Shown here: in pieces, positions 11,372-24,049 of the stretch
How positions within the stretch are numbered: the first letter of the stretch is position 1
How the letters are laid out: the number at the start of each line of letters is the position of its first letter
NCBI RefSeq assembly: GCF_021869535.1
Contig: NW_026262734.1
Span: 26,040,001-26,104,000 of the forward strand
Origin: Mytilus californianus
Taxonomy: Eukaryota
DNA: 64,000 nucleotides
Direction: 5' to 3'
Position numbers and translations under genes: made by a program
The notes under the pieces: generated by a model
The model's database searches: none
Told to the model about the DNA's origin: nothing
What the model saw: the letters and a program-made list of their open reading frames with translations, nothing else

Positions 11372-13799
11372 TAGACATGATACTTCAATTAAAAAATTAT
11401 CTTCAGATTTTGATGACAAAGATATAAGTAAGTTTTTACAGTTACTTCAACTCGACCATGTCGTTCAAAAAATGTACATTGACATTTTGTTCTATCTAGT
11501 AATTATGTTTATATTAATTAAATGCGATACGGTATTATATGTTTCATAAAATAAGAAGTTAAAAATGTATCTTCGTGGTTGCACTTTATCTGATTTTACA
11601 TTATAATGTAAGTATTGTCTATTGCCAAATGCATGTACTGGATTCTTGTGGCAAAGTTGAGGTTATCCATTGGAAATTTACACTGAAGGCTTCATGATTT
11701 GATTGACCGCTATGGCACATCTCGGTTACAGATGAGCACGGATATGTTCAAATTGTCCTAGCCATAATTCCATCATCTTTTAATTTATTGTTGTAATGCG
11801 ACTTACAACAGAAATTCTAATAGGACATACTGCTTTTGCTCTGTAAACAACAGCATGATAAAATGCTCGATATATCTTTATTCAAAGCAGACATACAATG
11901 TATGGATGTACATATAAATAGCTGTTTCAGTTTACCTCCCATGTAAGTGCAAATGTGTTGGAAACTATGTGAAAACATAAAACGAATTATTCATTAAATC
12001 ATGGACAAAGTATAAAATTATAATAAATAGGTCTTGTTTTTTCTCTTTCTATTGTATCATTAACACATTGATGGATTTTAGCATGTCAACATGTCGACTT
12101 TTTCCTTAGTGATGACATGTCGACTGTGGATTTGACGGCGAAGAGTAGCCAACGATCAAACATTTGTAGATTAAAATTCCAAATGATTGGGTTGAGAATA
12201 AGTCACATTTTTCTAGAGGTTATTCAAAAAATAAATCACACAAACCATAGATTTATTTGAAATCTTTAGCTTTATCTTACAAGGGGTAAAATTGAACAGC
12301 CACACGCAAGGTAAACTTATCTTCGTTTCAGTTTTTTAAATTGTCGTTATGATTCTATAAGAATCTTCATAAGTCATGCAAGCCATATATTTGTTATCAT
12401 TTTCACATTTCCTGGGCCATTTTTTTGGCTAACGTTTAGATTAAAATCGAATATAACTGCCAAGCCATGTTAAAATTCTCAACAAATGTATGGCTTGTAT
12501 GTATGATTTCTAAATTACATTTTCAATGACCAACTCGACGGGTGATACTAGTAGAGCACAAACTGCTTATCATTCCATGGCACATGAGTTCTCCAGTATT
12601 TTGGTTTAAAAGAAGTACACGTTGTTCTTGCTTTTATCTTAGTTTTTAAAGTTGAATGCCTTGTTTTTTTGTTTTTTTTATTTCAAAGTGTTTTTGTTAT
12701 TTCTACCAGTAGCAGTCTTGAATACCTTTTTACCTGGAAACTGTATCTTCTATTCCGAGTTTTGTTTATTTGATTGTCTTGGTATCTTACGCCTTTTGCT
12801 TAAAATATTATCTAAATAATGTTTACATTTATGCATTGATGGTAGATCTCTGGTTATTTTTCTGCACACATTATAAAGAGATGTTTGGTATTCATACGAC
12901 AATAAGACAACAAAAGTCCTAAGAATAAACAATATGACCTAAATGTGTATTCAAGTTATATATTTTGAATTCTTATACGTAGAATATAGTAGTTTGTTTA
13001 TGTAAACCATCAAAGGAAACATTAGTATAACTACAACTGTCGCGAGCATCCCTAACGTATGTACACGCAAGGTAAAGAAGATATTACAATACCCTTTTAA
13101 GGTTGAAAATCAAAATGTTTATAAACCTTTAATATTCGACTTAGAATTTAGTAATAAGTCAGTCAAAATAATGATTTATAATTTTTTTCTTACATATTTT
13201 GACCTTCTACTTGTATTTTAAAAAATCTGCATAAACCGCTTCTTGTCAGAAATATTGAGATATGAGACAAATCCCTACCGAATCAAATATTTTGCCTCAT
13301 AATTGCTAATACCAAAACTATTGATTCGTACATTATTGCGAGGTTTTTATAAATGCGAATAAAGTGACTGGGTGAATATCGCAATAGTAAGAACTCACAT
13401 TCTGATACATAGATCTGTATGAAGATGTATATGAAATTGCAATAATTAAACTCGCATATTTGTCCATTCTTGAACAATCGCAACAATAAATGTTGGCAAA
13501 TTATCTGTTTATGTTCGGCTCGGGGTCAATATTATATGTGTTTTCAACAATGCATAAAGCCTCACCCTTCTCCAGTTTCTAAGACTCATACAAGAAGTAG
13601 ATATTTTTTCTAACTTTGGCCTAATGTTGTATATATATTATTCTTAACTTGTCACAATTTAGTATAAAAGTTTCCTTTTTCTAACTGTGTATACCATTAC
13701 AGGACGGTCACGCATAAAACTTAAAATCTATTTTTTATAGTACTTATATCAATTTAGAGGGAAATAAACATTCTTTGTGCACTTTATAGCATATGAAAA

Positions 13800-13962
13800 T
13801 AAAAGAGGAATGTGTTTAAGGAAACGAATGCCCCTGCGCAAGCTTCAAACAAATGAAAATGGGACGGACGGATGGAGAGACGAAACGACGGAAAGGATGG
13901 AAAGACGGACGGTCAAGAGTAACACTTAATGCCCCCGTCGTCTACGGCGAGGGCATAAAAAA
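13800..13962 (+). mobile_element. Helentron-associated (HINE/DINE-like) non-autonomous element
   Basis: GAATGCCCC sub-terminal repeat, degenerate (GACG)n tract, 3' hairpin ATGCCCCCGTCGTCTACGGCGAGGGCAT followed by an A-run. Confidence 0.65.
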
Positions 13963-15109
13963 ATTAACGACCAGTGGAAGTCGGTTTATGCAATTTTTTT
14001 AACATATACTTATTTTCCGTTTATTTGCCAAGAACTAAGCATTTGTCCTTTAAGGACTGTTCGCATCTGTATGTAGCTGTTCTTGTTTTTTTTTTCTATG
14101 TTGTCTCATTTTCTGAAAGTTATGTTAAAACCTGTATCTTATTAACCATTTTACTTTTTGAAATTTGCTGAAAGTTCATTAATAAGTGAAATATATTTGG
14201 AAGTTTCTGTTCTAATCCTGTGTTTAACACATACAACATTTTGTTATATTTATCAACAAGATCTTGTTAATAAATATTCCGTATCAACTTCCCAAATAAT
14301 ACATGACGGTCTTGAAGTTTAAATTCTAGGTACTGACGTTGTTCATCATCTTAATTACGTGTTATAGTTTTCTGTTATTTGCCTTTGTAAATTATTACCC
14401 TTTACTGTTTAGTCCATTTTGGTAATATCCTTTTGGCTTGGCTCGGTTCATATACATCCCGTAATTGTGTTATTGTGCTATGGTCAATTTTTGTATTCTA
14501 GTTTTTCATTTTTGCTAATAATCTTTGTCTATATGCCTTTTTGTTTTTCTTTGTTGTCATTTTTGTTTGTTTTTATAATGATTAAGAATACAACACAATG
14601 TTGACTGTTGTACCCTATTTTGTGAAATTTTTGCCTATTATGTCTGTTTGTTCTGTTCACACATTGTTGTCAATACAATGAAATGTATGCGACTGTCATA
14701 CAAGTAAGAGGTTTAGCTAGCTATAAAACCGGGTTTTCTCCACCATTTTCTACATATTGAAATGCTTGTACCAAGTCAGGAATATGAGAGCTGATTTCTA
14801 TTCATTTGATGTGTTTCAGCTTTTGATTTTGCCATTTAATAAAGGTATTTCTGTTTTGAATTTTCCTTGGAGTTCGATATTTTTGTTACTTTACTTTTTG
14901 CTTGTGTCATATTTTGTCGAAGTGTTGTTTAAGTCTTAGGTATGTCTAAATGAAATTTAGCATGCTTTGCGTCAGATATACTTTTCTTTATATTAGCTTT
15001 GATTGGGAATGATTAGGTACATGTTATACATATTGGGGGTAAATATATGAAAGAAAAGTGTATTTGTTTTGATATTTCCCCTCAATATAAATGCAATTAA
15101 TTTTATTAC

Positions 15110-15453
15110 CTGTGACATGTGTTTACGTCCGATATATATTTCTACATACAAGATGTAAGATAAACAAGATAGATGACCTTTACAATCTTTAGGACATCAT
15201 TAAATCGGGAAATAACCTTTAAATTTTACTAGACAACATAATATTTCTAGAAGATGTTTTATTGTAAATAACAAATGCATCTGACAAATAATGTATTTGT
15301 TGACAAGAATTAATTCATAGTAAAAGAACTACGTCGTCTAAAGGTTGTTATCAGTAAAGGCGAATGGGAGGAAATATTATAATATCCTGTTCATTTGTAG
15401 TTAGTTAAACGAATTCACATTAAGATGCTGAAAATATTTCGTTCTTCAAAAAG
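15110..15453 (+). promoter_or_regulatory. Putative promoter and 5'UTR exon of TIMP-like gene B
   Basis: Shares blocks with 29085-29260 upstream of gene C (TGTGTTTACGT, CGGGAAATAAC, TAACAAATGCATCTGACA); donor AAG|GTAAGA after 15453. Confidence 0.4.
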
Positions 15454-15950
15454 GTAAGATAACTGTTTTATTTTAATAGAAACATTCGATTAGAATGTTA
15501 TTCTATACAGAACAGGATTCACAGATACTAGCTGCTCATATAAAAAAAAGAGACAGAACATACCAAGTTGTAATAAAAAAAACACAAGTAAAAAAACGAA
15601 CAATATCGTTTCCAAAAGGAAAAAGACAATAAGAAAACCAAAGTCCAGAAACGCTATAAAAAACACAGAATATTGGATAAAAAGTAACCCAACAAAAAAC
15701 CTTTTTGTAATTTTTTTTACGGCAGACGCGCGTTTCGTCTGCAAAAGAGTTACTGTATCATGAAATATGTCATGTTGAACATAAATCTTACTTTCCTTGT
15801 TTCGAAAATGTTTCAATGTTTATATAAAAAAAATATTTACTATGACTGCTGTTTTTGATCTGATTTAAAGCGTAGTTTACCAAACGATTATACTAAGAAA
15901 TGACGGCCTCGTTATTGGAATATATACAGTTATCTTCTTTCAGACTAAAA

Positions 15951-16068
15951 ATGAAGTCTACACTAGAGGCTATCTTTTTTCTTGTGCTGATGAATTTCAT
16001 TTATGACGCGTATGGATGCAAATGTTTTCTTAAAACAAATAAACAGAAGTTTTGTGAACCTACTTACG
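15951..16068 (+). CDS. TIMP: TIMP-like gene B, coding exon 1 (signal peptide plus CKC N-terminus)
   Basis: MKSTLEAIFFLVLMNFIYDAYG/CKCFLKTNKQKFCEPTY; phase-1 donor G|GTAAGC. Confidence 0.88.
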
Positions 16069-16410
16069 GTAAGCATCAGAGGCAGTAAAATGTAAAATTG
16101 GTACCATCAATGTCATTACTACAATTTGGTCGATACCTCTTTTGGTGACTGTTAGTCCCGGAGTGTATCACCAAGTCAGCAGCTATTATTTTGCTACTGA
16201 CATGCATATATATGAAAATACGGATAATTTTTAATTAAAATGTGTTGTTATAAAATTTGTGGAATCGTTTCAAAATTAGGGAATATATCCCCGTCTTTTA
16301 AAGCTCTGATTAACTTATCCAGCATTGACTATATTCTAGATCCTTATTAACTCTGTCAGCTCCTTAATATTTTCATATAAGTTTTGGATTTTCAAATATT
16401 TAGGCCTTGA

Positions 16411-16454
16411 TCATCACTGAGGAAAGATAAATTGTCGAAATGCATATCTGGTGC
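16411..16454 (+). ncRNA. Degenerate hammerhead in gene B intron 1
   Basis: TCATCA-CTGAGGA-AAGATAAATTGTC-GAAA-TGCATA-TC-TGGTGC; stem II base pair broken. Confidence 0.5.
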
Positions 16455-17083
16455 AGTAAAATTTGTACCGATAATGTAATTTCATAAAATGTTAGCATTC
16501 CGATATTTTATACCCATTTATTCTAACTTGAACATCATATAAATTATAGTTATCTTTTGTGTGACACACTTCTTCAGTTTTAAACCTAATTGTATAAATA
16601 ATTGAAACAATTTTTTGTATCTACCACTAAACCAACCAATGCTGATTTGTATTTCTAAATTTCATGAACCACTGACATCTACATTTATCTGTTTATATAT
16701 GATCCTAAACATAGATGTTTGAAAGGAACAGTTGAAGCAAAGGATGGAAAACTTGTTATTAAAAGCTTTTCATGCTTAATTGTACTTTTTCGTTATTGTA
16801 ACACATTATAGTTGATGTGTTTCCCTCGGTTTTAGTTTGCAACCCGGATTTGTTTTCTCTCAATCGATTTATGACTTTTGAATTCCGGTATACTACTGTT
16901 GCCTTGATGTAAGACTCTGAATAAATCAGAATATTTAGTCCTGTTAATTTTGAAAAGAGACATAAGGTTGACCTATATTTCCGAGCATTTTATTAATTCT
17001 GCTATCGCTCTCATATGTATGTGCACACAATAAATTCTTGCCGAAATCATTACTTACACTTACATTGGAATTTTATATTAAAG

Positions 17084-17166
17084 TTACACGAGGAAAAGTC
17101 ACAAGCAGGAAGTTCTTAAACAGACATCATATTGAATACACAGTGGAAGTCAATTATAATTTTAAG
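17084..17166 (+). CDS. TIMP: TIMP-like gene B, exon 2
   Basis: taaag|(V)TRGKVTSRKFLNRHHIEYTVEVNYNFK|gtagta; 83 nt, phase 1 to 0; resembles the TIMP V.RAKV...Y.V.V...FK motif. Confidence 0.85.
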
Positions 17167-19191
17167 GTAGTATATAAGTGATAATTATAATGTTGAGTGT
17201 TATCATGACGTTACGAGTATGAGTTCCTTAACAGCCGAAATAGTTTTGTTCTTGTTGATAAGTTATTGATGTGCACCTATGTTTAATAACATAATAGTTC
17301 CTTACAGGTTGTCAATATAACGGAACTACAGTCAACTGTTCTATAAGTGGGAGCTAAAACTAGCTGTAATACCTGCAGTTATAACTATCATTTTGTTTGG
17401 AAAATACCTGTATCAAGTCAGTGATATGACCGTTTTTGTCTAATGCAAATAATTTTTAACCTTTGTCTTATATATTTGTTAAAGTGGTTCAAACTTCTTT
17501 CAATAAATGAAAACAGAGAAAATTGCCAAAAACAGCCTGATTTATAGATTTTATAATTAGTAATAAGATAGCTTTGTCAGACGATGAATTTCTTCTAGGT
17601 GTTTCATACAAAAATGCTAATACTAGTGAAAAGATAGAAATTACAAAGGAAGCAAGCAAAAATCATAAGTCCAGTTAAAACGTACAACGAAATGACGAAA
17701 AGCGATAAAAGACAAACGACAATCAAACATTACACATAAAAAATATAGATTAGGCAACCCGAACCCCAATACAAACCGGGAAAGCTATTCGCTTCCAACT
17801 CTGCAAGTGGCAATCATTTTGTTTTTCATGCATTCGGTGATCAGTTGCATTCGGTAATGTCAAAATCAATGTAAAGTGGAAAGGATTTGCTAGGACAGGT
17901 TGAACATATCCGTGCTCATATCTGTGACACAGATGTTCAATTGCAGACAACTAAATCAATGGTATTTTAAACCTATCGAAGGGATGACGTTACCATTTGG
18001 AACAATTGATGCAATAGATTCCTTGTAAGCAATACCGGCTATCAGGAATATCACATTACGAAACGCAAACCCTGATATCACGTATCAAGTTGAAGATATC
18101 TACTCCATGTGCAACTGCTGCTGAAATGTTGCTAAACAGAAATGATAATCTCACAATGGTAAATTGAAATCATCTCTTTTGTCGTAACTTTTAGTTTTCA
18201 ACGGACACACATTGTTTAGTTCTAGATATAAGGAGAACAAACTGAAGGATTCTTGCCAAATTGCCCATTACATTTTGTAGAGAACTAAGGTCCTAAGTCT
18301 GGCAAAGTTGACCTCAGATGGATTTGTAGATTCTCTTTTCGGTCACTTTTACTCATATATTTCTCCATGTATTTAGGTATTTCCACATCCTTGACTTTCA
18401 ATTTTTGGGTATGAGCGTTCCTGATGAGGATAAATTCGGAAAAGCGCTAAGGAAGCAACATATTTATAAATTTTATTCTATTTTTTAGCACTGTGTCGAT
18501 ACCGCTGGTAGTACACTGTTAGTCCTAGGGGGTATCATCAGCTCAGTATTCGTTGCTTCGGTACTGGCATGATTTATAACACAATTGTGCAATTTGATTC
18601 TGTTGATAAATTCAAACATTTTTATAAAACTATGATTCCAACTCCCTCAAGCAAAGTTTAATCTGCATTGATTTTGGTCATTCTTTACGCCCCTTTTGAT
18701 TAAATAGCCCTTTAGTATTTCTGCTTTTCTGATGAAGGTTAATCCGAAAAACTCTTGGGACGAAATAAATGAATACCGTTTTATTTCGTTTTTTGTTAAG
18801 GTCACAGTTAAAATCGACCAGCCCGAGTAATTATAAAAAAGGATATGTGCAGTAAGGTGGCTTAGAATAAAAATCATTAATATTGAGTATCTACAATTTA
18901 TGCTTATATTTTGAAATTGTTGTGTTCTGTAGATATACGAGATGATTGCCACAAATTGGTTTGTAGTAAAATATCAATTTTGATAAGTCTGCAGTGTAGA
19001 TTAAATTTCGCACAAAACTATTTGCACAATGTATATTTTTATTTCATCATATTCGTTTGACCAGTTTATGATCTCATTGTAACATTTCAATCAAAACGTA
19101 TGTATCATAATGACGGGATTGTATCGACTTAATTATTTATCAATTAGATTATCAAATTATTGCACTGATTGACTAATCTGCATATTTTAAA

Positions 19192-19591
19192 GGATGTTTG
19201 ATAGTCATGTTTTTGAATTTTTGTCAGATTTTCGGAATCCTCTTGTTTTATCTATTTGAATGCAATAACATATTTTTCCCGCTAACACTCATTTTTCTTT
19301 TCATAAATCTTTTACATACAAGATAAGCAGCCATTTGTAAAGATTTTATAAAATCCTTGTTATTTTCTAATATGTTTTGAGAAATAAAACGTCAATTATA
19401 AAGCTATGAAGGGTCAGAGAGAATATTTTTCCCACCATATTTTCAAAAGCTTATATCTCAAAAACAAGAAAACGGACCTATATTTTTTTTTTTTTTTTTT
19501 TTTTGCCCTTATAGTTCCTTTATGGATCCCCTATCAATACTTACCAGTGTTATGAAAAGCTTGTTATTTTGAAACTGAGTAGCGATCATCC
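19192..19591. mobile_element. MITE with GG..CC ends (Kolobok-like), copy 1
   Basis: GGATGTT.../...ATCATCC ends in a TTAA-like context; homologous to 52022-52413. Confidence 0.55.
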
Positions 19592-20100
19592 TTTATTTCA
19601 GAAACCAAATTACGGAATACGCAATCGACCTCCTCCTTTAGAAACTTTCAATTATGATATATTCCCTTTTACTTACATAGTAATGTCGTGTAGATGGGAT
19701 TTACAAATGATATGATAGTGCACTTTTGAAATATCAGAATAATAAATGTATTGTGAAAAAAGGTGTTTGAAAATGAAAGATTCAATAACGTTCATTGATT
19801 TAGTGTTTACATATTGATAAAAGATCACAATATTTTAGTACGCAAAATATACAAAGCAAAAGTGAACGAAGGACATTGCACATTGAGATACTAATTAACA
19901 AATTACTCATAATAAGCAGACATATGCATGTCAGATTTAAATGACACACAGCACAGCAATTAACAAACACTCGCTCATTATCAATCTGAGCATTGAAAAC
20001 CTTTGGTAGATGTTCGATGTTAAATTTGAAGTGATAATTCATACCGACTTGATTTTTATCATTCGTATCTTAATTTTTTTTTGTAATTGTAACGTTAAAG

Positions 20101-20194
20101 ATCAAGCTCAAAGAAAAAGTTAAAGTTCGTACTAAAAGAAAATCATCCGAATGTGGAGTAGATTTGCAGGTTGGGGGGGAATATTTAATTTCGG
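20101..20194 (+). CDS. TIMP: TIMP-like gene B, exon 3
   Basis: ttaaag|IKLKEKVKVRTKRKSSECGVDLQVGGEYLIS(G)|gtgagt; 94 nt. Confidence 0.87.
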
Positions 20195-20290
20195 GTGAGT
20201 ATTTAGTTCATTTCAAATAATTTTGTTTCATATTGCCAATTTTAATTTCCTTTGTAAAAACTCATCAAAATACCAGGCTAGCATTTTGGA

Positions 20291-20334
20291 ACGCCAGACG
20301 CGTGTGTCGTCTACATACGACTCAACAGTGGCGC
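20291..20334 (-). ncRNA. Degenerate hammerhead, family CGTCA-CTGATGA-GTCT..AGAC-GAAA-CGCGCG-TC
   Basis: Core mutated (CTGTTGA, GACA); related copies at ~15723-15750, 26075-26118, 60773-60816 and 63870-63913. Confidence 0.5.
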
Positions 20335-20812
20335 TCGAACAGTTTGAGGCCTTACACAAAAAGTAGATGAAGAGCACGAATAACCGACAATTTCTAAACG
20401 TTTGACAAATATAGCTAGGGCAATATGCGTCAGTGTAGTAAATTTAGGTTAACCTTAAAAATAAAGTGTTAGCAGGTTGGTTTAACTGTTTATGAAAAGA
20501 TAATGTAGCATATGGCAATATAACGACAAACGACTATTTAGTACCGAGCCTAAAAATAAATTGTCGCACATTTTGAATTCATAACTCATTCTTTTCTACC
20601 TTTTTTCAAAATCAAAACAGTGCATTGGAAGCATATGAACCAAAAAAAAAGGCATGTTTGCAACCTTTTAACTAACTTGAAGAAGGGCAATGTTTTAATG
20701 GATTTGGAAAGCAACATTAAAACAGTTACGGTATGAATATCTACAACCACGCGGATCAAAAGGGAAATTATAAAACTATGATATATAACGTCGTGATGTA
20801 TTTATATTCCAG

Positions 20813-20949
20813 GAAATGTAAAGAAAAAGTCACGATATGAAACTATTTATGAGACAAATAGCTGCTTTTGGAATGATAAATGGCAGAGAATTTCAGATGC
20901 TACGAAAAGAGCACTCTTTAAGAGAGAATTTGACAATTGTTATTTGTAA
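20813..20949 (+). CDS. TIMP: TIMP-like gene B, exon 4 (terminal)
   Basis: ttccag|(G)NVKKKSRYETIYETNSCFWNDKWQRISDATKRALFKREFDNCYL*. Confidence 0.87.
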
Positions 20950-22379
20950 TAATTATGGAATAACTAATCGAAGAATTCAAATAGAGAAAAATATTCAACG
21001 AGTGACCAAACAACATATTAATTCACGAATTCGCGAGGCGCATTAGTTAATTATCAGTGTTGTTCGGTCACGAGTTTAATATTTTTCGATATTTGAATTC
21101 TTTGATTAGTTATTCTTTTTATTACAATTGCAAATGGCTTTTTTTATGAAATTAAAGGAGAAAATGTAAGGAACTATATCTTTTTCAACGCCTTCACAAT
21201 TTGTTTTGATTAGACGTTATCGACCTCTTGACAACGCCTATTGTTGTATGACGTCAGAGGAGTTAAATAACCACGTTTATTTCACATGTGAAATTATCGG
21301 TTTTTATTTCACTGGGAAATCAATGTATTTCATTGCAACCTATGTAATAAGACAAATTAATATTATTGATATTTATGTTAAATTCATCAATAACGTATTA
21401 CATATGAGAAATAACTAGATATTTCAAAACAAGACTCATTTCAAAAAGATTACAGGGTCATTACAAGCTTCCGGCTAAATCATTTTCGATAATCTTAGTG
21501 AAAGCAAAATTGATCATGTTGATGTCGCTGGCCTCGAGTTGATACCATTTGATAGGATTTTACATTCTTCACCGGTAACTTGCTATTGCAATTATGCTTG
21601 ATTTAAAGATTTTAAATTGGATATGAAAAGTGAGATGAAAGCCCGCGAGATAGCATCCTAGCATAAACGAGGCACTCATGATCCTGAGATAAAATGTTAA
21701 AGTTATGAATATGTTGTACAATGAGTAACATGAGTAAGTACCTGGATAAAAACATCTGTATTGAATTGAGAAATTCAGATTACATTGTACTTTTGATAAC
21801 TGACAGAATTTAGTCTCTCAAACAATTTTTTTTTGTCTTAAATGAGTAAAATGTTTACATGATCTACATTGTCATATATAAATAGGCCATACACAATACC
21901 GTTTACTTGTAAAAATTTACGATTCATGACTGATTAATAAATAGGAAGATAGCAAAGGCATATGAAAGATCACAAGTCGAAGAACACTGGACAATACTAA
22001 GGATCAAATTAAAGAAAACAAAAACAAAAGCAACAAACCGTTCACATTATATAAAACATCATTGAGCCCCAAAAACGAACAAACAACATTTTGAGCGGTA
22101 ATGTGGGTGTTTAGACAGGGTTAGCAGTTCCTCATACGAATTATGATTCATTTCCAAAAAAGGTGGAAACAAGAATTTTACTGCATTGAAAAGTAGTTTT
22201 TTGTGTACTGATTGATATCTTATTTTTAGAAACATGATTTTTTTATTAGTTGTTATTGGCTTTGAAATAGCTTGCAGTAACTGCGAATACTCTCATATCT
22301 TTACTTAATGTCTTTTTTGTTGTGGATGTATAGATGCGCTGCCACGTCCGGTCTGTGTTTTCATTAGATGTTTTCTGTT

Positions 22380-22625
22380 TTGTATCGATCTGATGAGTTA
22401 TGCCCTTTTCACCTGATTTTTATAGTTTGTTTTTATGTTGTACTGTTACAACTCTGTCACAGATTAGTCTGTATGTGCCTGTCTTAAGTCAAGAGCCTGT
22501 AGTTCAGTGGTTGTCGATGCTTCATGTTTGTCATATTTGTTTTTTTGTAAATGTGTTTGTTATAAATTAGGCCATTAGTTTTCTCAATTGAATGTCTCAT
22601 TGGCAATCATACCATGACTCCTTAT
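22380..22625 (+). repeat. Interspersed repeat family 2 (..CTGATGAGTTAAGCCC..TGTGCCTGTC.CAAGTCAGGAGCCTG..GTTGTCTCATTGGCA)
   Basis: Homologous pieces at ~5250-5600, 30220-30600, 50745-50810 and 61890-62560 (-). Confidence 0.7.
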
Positions 22626-24049
22626 TTTTATCTTAATTGTATTTATTTACCACTTGTCTTACCATGTTATTTAGTGCTTGCAATATAGCGTACGCACTAG
22701 TGTATTGTGTTAGACCGCATGTGTATTTTAATTTCATTTCTGGTTTTGTCTTGTGTTGTTGAGTTGCTGTCAGAATTAAGAATTTCAAATTTTAAATTCT
22801 AATGGTTTTATACTTTTGTTCTTTTATTATAAACCAAGAAATGCTAACAGTTTAAAGATTTTCATTCTTTGTTCTGGGTAAAAAAAAACATTTTCCTATT
22901 CAAAGGGTTAAATTGTGCAAATGCTAATGGTTTAGAAACAAATGATTGGAATGTTTGTGGTTGAACGCAAATCCTTAGTTATAAAAATAAGAACATCAGA
23001 ATTTCACGCGGATAACCTCAAATTTAGTATTTAATTGCCTGCAAGGGCATGTGTTTTCACTTATTTAGACATATCTAAAGTACACTACTGAAGACATGAA
23101 AATTTAGATTAATTAAACAAAATATAGATGATAACAATAATCATGATATTAAATTGATTAAAGTGAAAGCTTTGGAAAACTAATGATACGGAAGATTGTC
23201 AATAAAAAAGACAAGTTGAAAGGTCCACTAAATTATGTAAACTTTCACGGACACATCATCACACGACCAAACTGATTTTCCCCTTTGCCTATATAATGTC
23301 CTTGGGCAGATAAAAATGTCTTGAATCTTATCTGTTAACATTGATGTCCTGGTTTCAAACAAAAAGAAATCATTTTTGAATATCACGCAGTTAACGAATC
23401 AATCATTGTAAACGGTGAAACTGTCTTTCAATATTAAATACTAGTATCCTATACACAAAAAAAAAATAAAATAACAAAAATACCGAACTCCAAGGAAAAT
23501 TCCAAACGTAAAGTACTCATCAAATGGCAAATTCAAAAGATCAAACGCTTCATACAAATTGAAAACAATTGTCATATTTCTGACTTGGTACAGGAATTTC
23601 CTTATTTAGATAATGGTGGATTAAACCTGGCATAATAGCTAGCTAAACCTCTCACTTGTTTTACAGTTACATAGACGTCCATTCTATTCACAACAATTTT
23701 TGAGCAAAAAAAACCAGACATAATAGGTGAAAATGTCAAAAATCGGGGAACAGGTGTCAACATTGTGTTTTCATCTTTTTCACTTTATTAATAAACAAAC
23801 TATGTTTACAAAGAAAACAAAATGGCATCTAGACACTCTATGGACAAAGCACATAACCACAAATTGACAGACAAAAATACAAAAAATGACCATAGCACAA
23901 TAACACAATAGTGGGATGTATGAATACCAAGCCACGCCAAAAATGGACTGAACAGTAGAGGTTAATAATATATACAAAGACAAATAAAAGAACAGCATAA
24001 CGCGTAATTAAAATAATAAACAACGTCAGTATCTAGAATCTATATTTCA

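Noticed and set aside
15900-16088. Track ORF as a complete small secreted protein
   Set aside because: It reads through a canonical donor at 16068 that is matched in gene C, so it is exon 1 only.
20837-21046. Track ORF MKLFMRQ... as a gene
   Set aside because: It is an alternative frame over TIMP B exon 4; the homologous frame ends at 20949.
21470-21600. Frame FDNLSESKIDHV...CYCNYA as an extra TIMP exon
   Set aside because: Gene B has already stopped, there is no in-frame acceptor, and no counterpart exists after genes A or C.
22385-22420. CTGATGAG in repeat family 2 (also ~5257) as a hammerhead
   Set aside because: No properly placed stem II-GAAA-stem III follows it.
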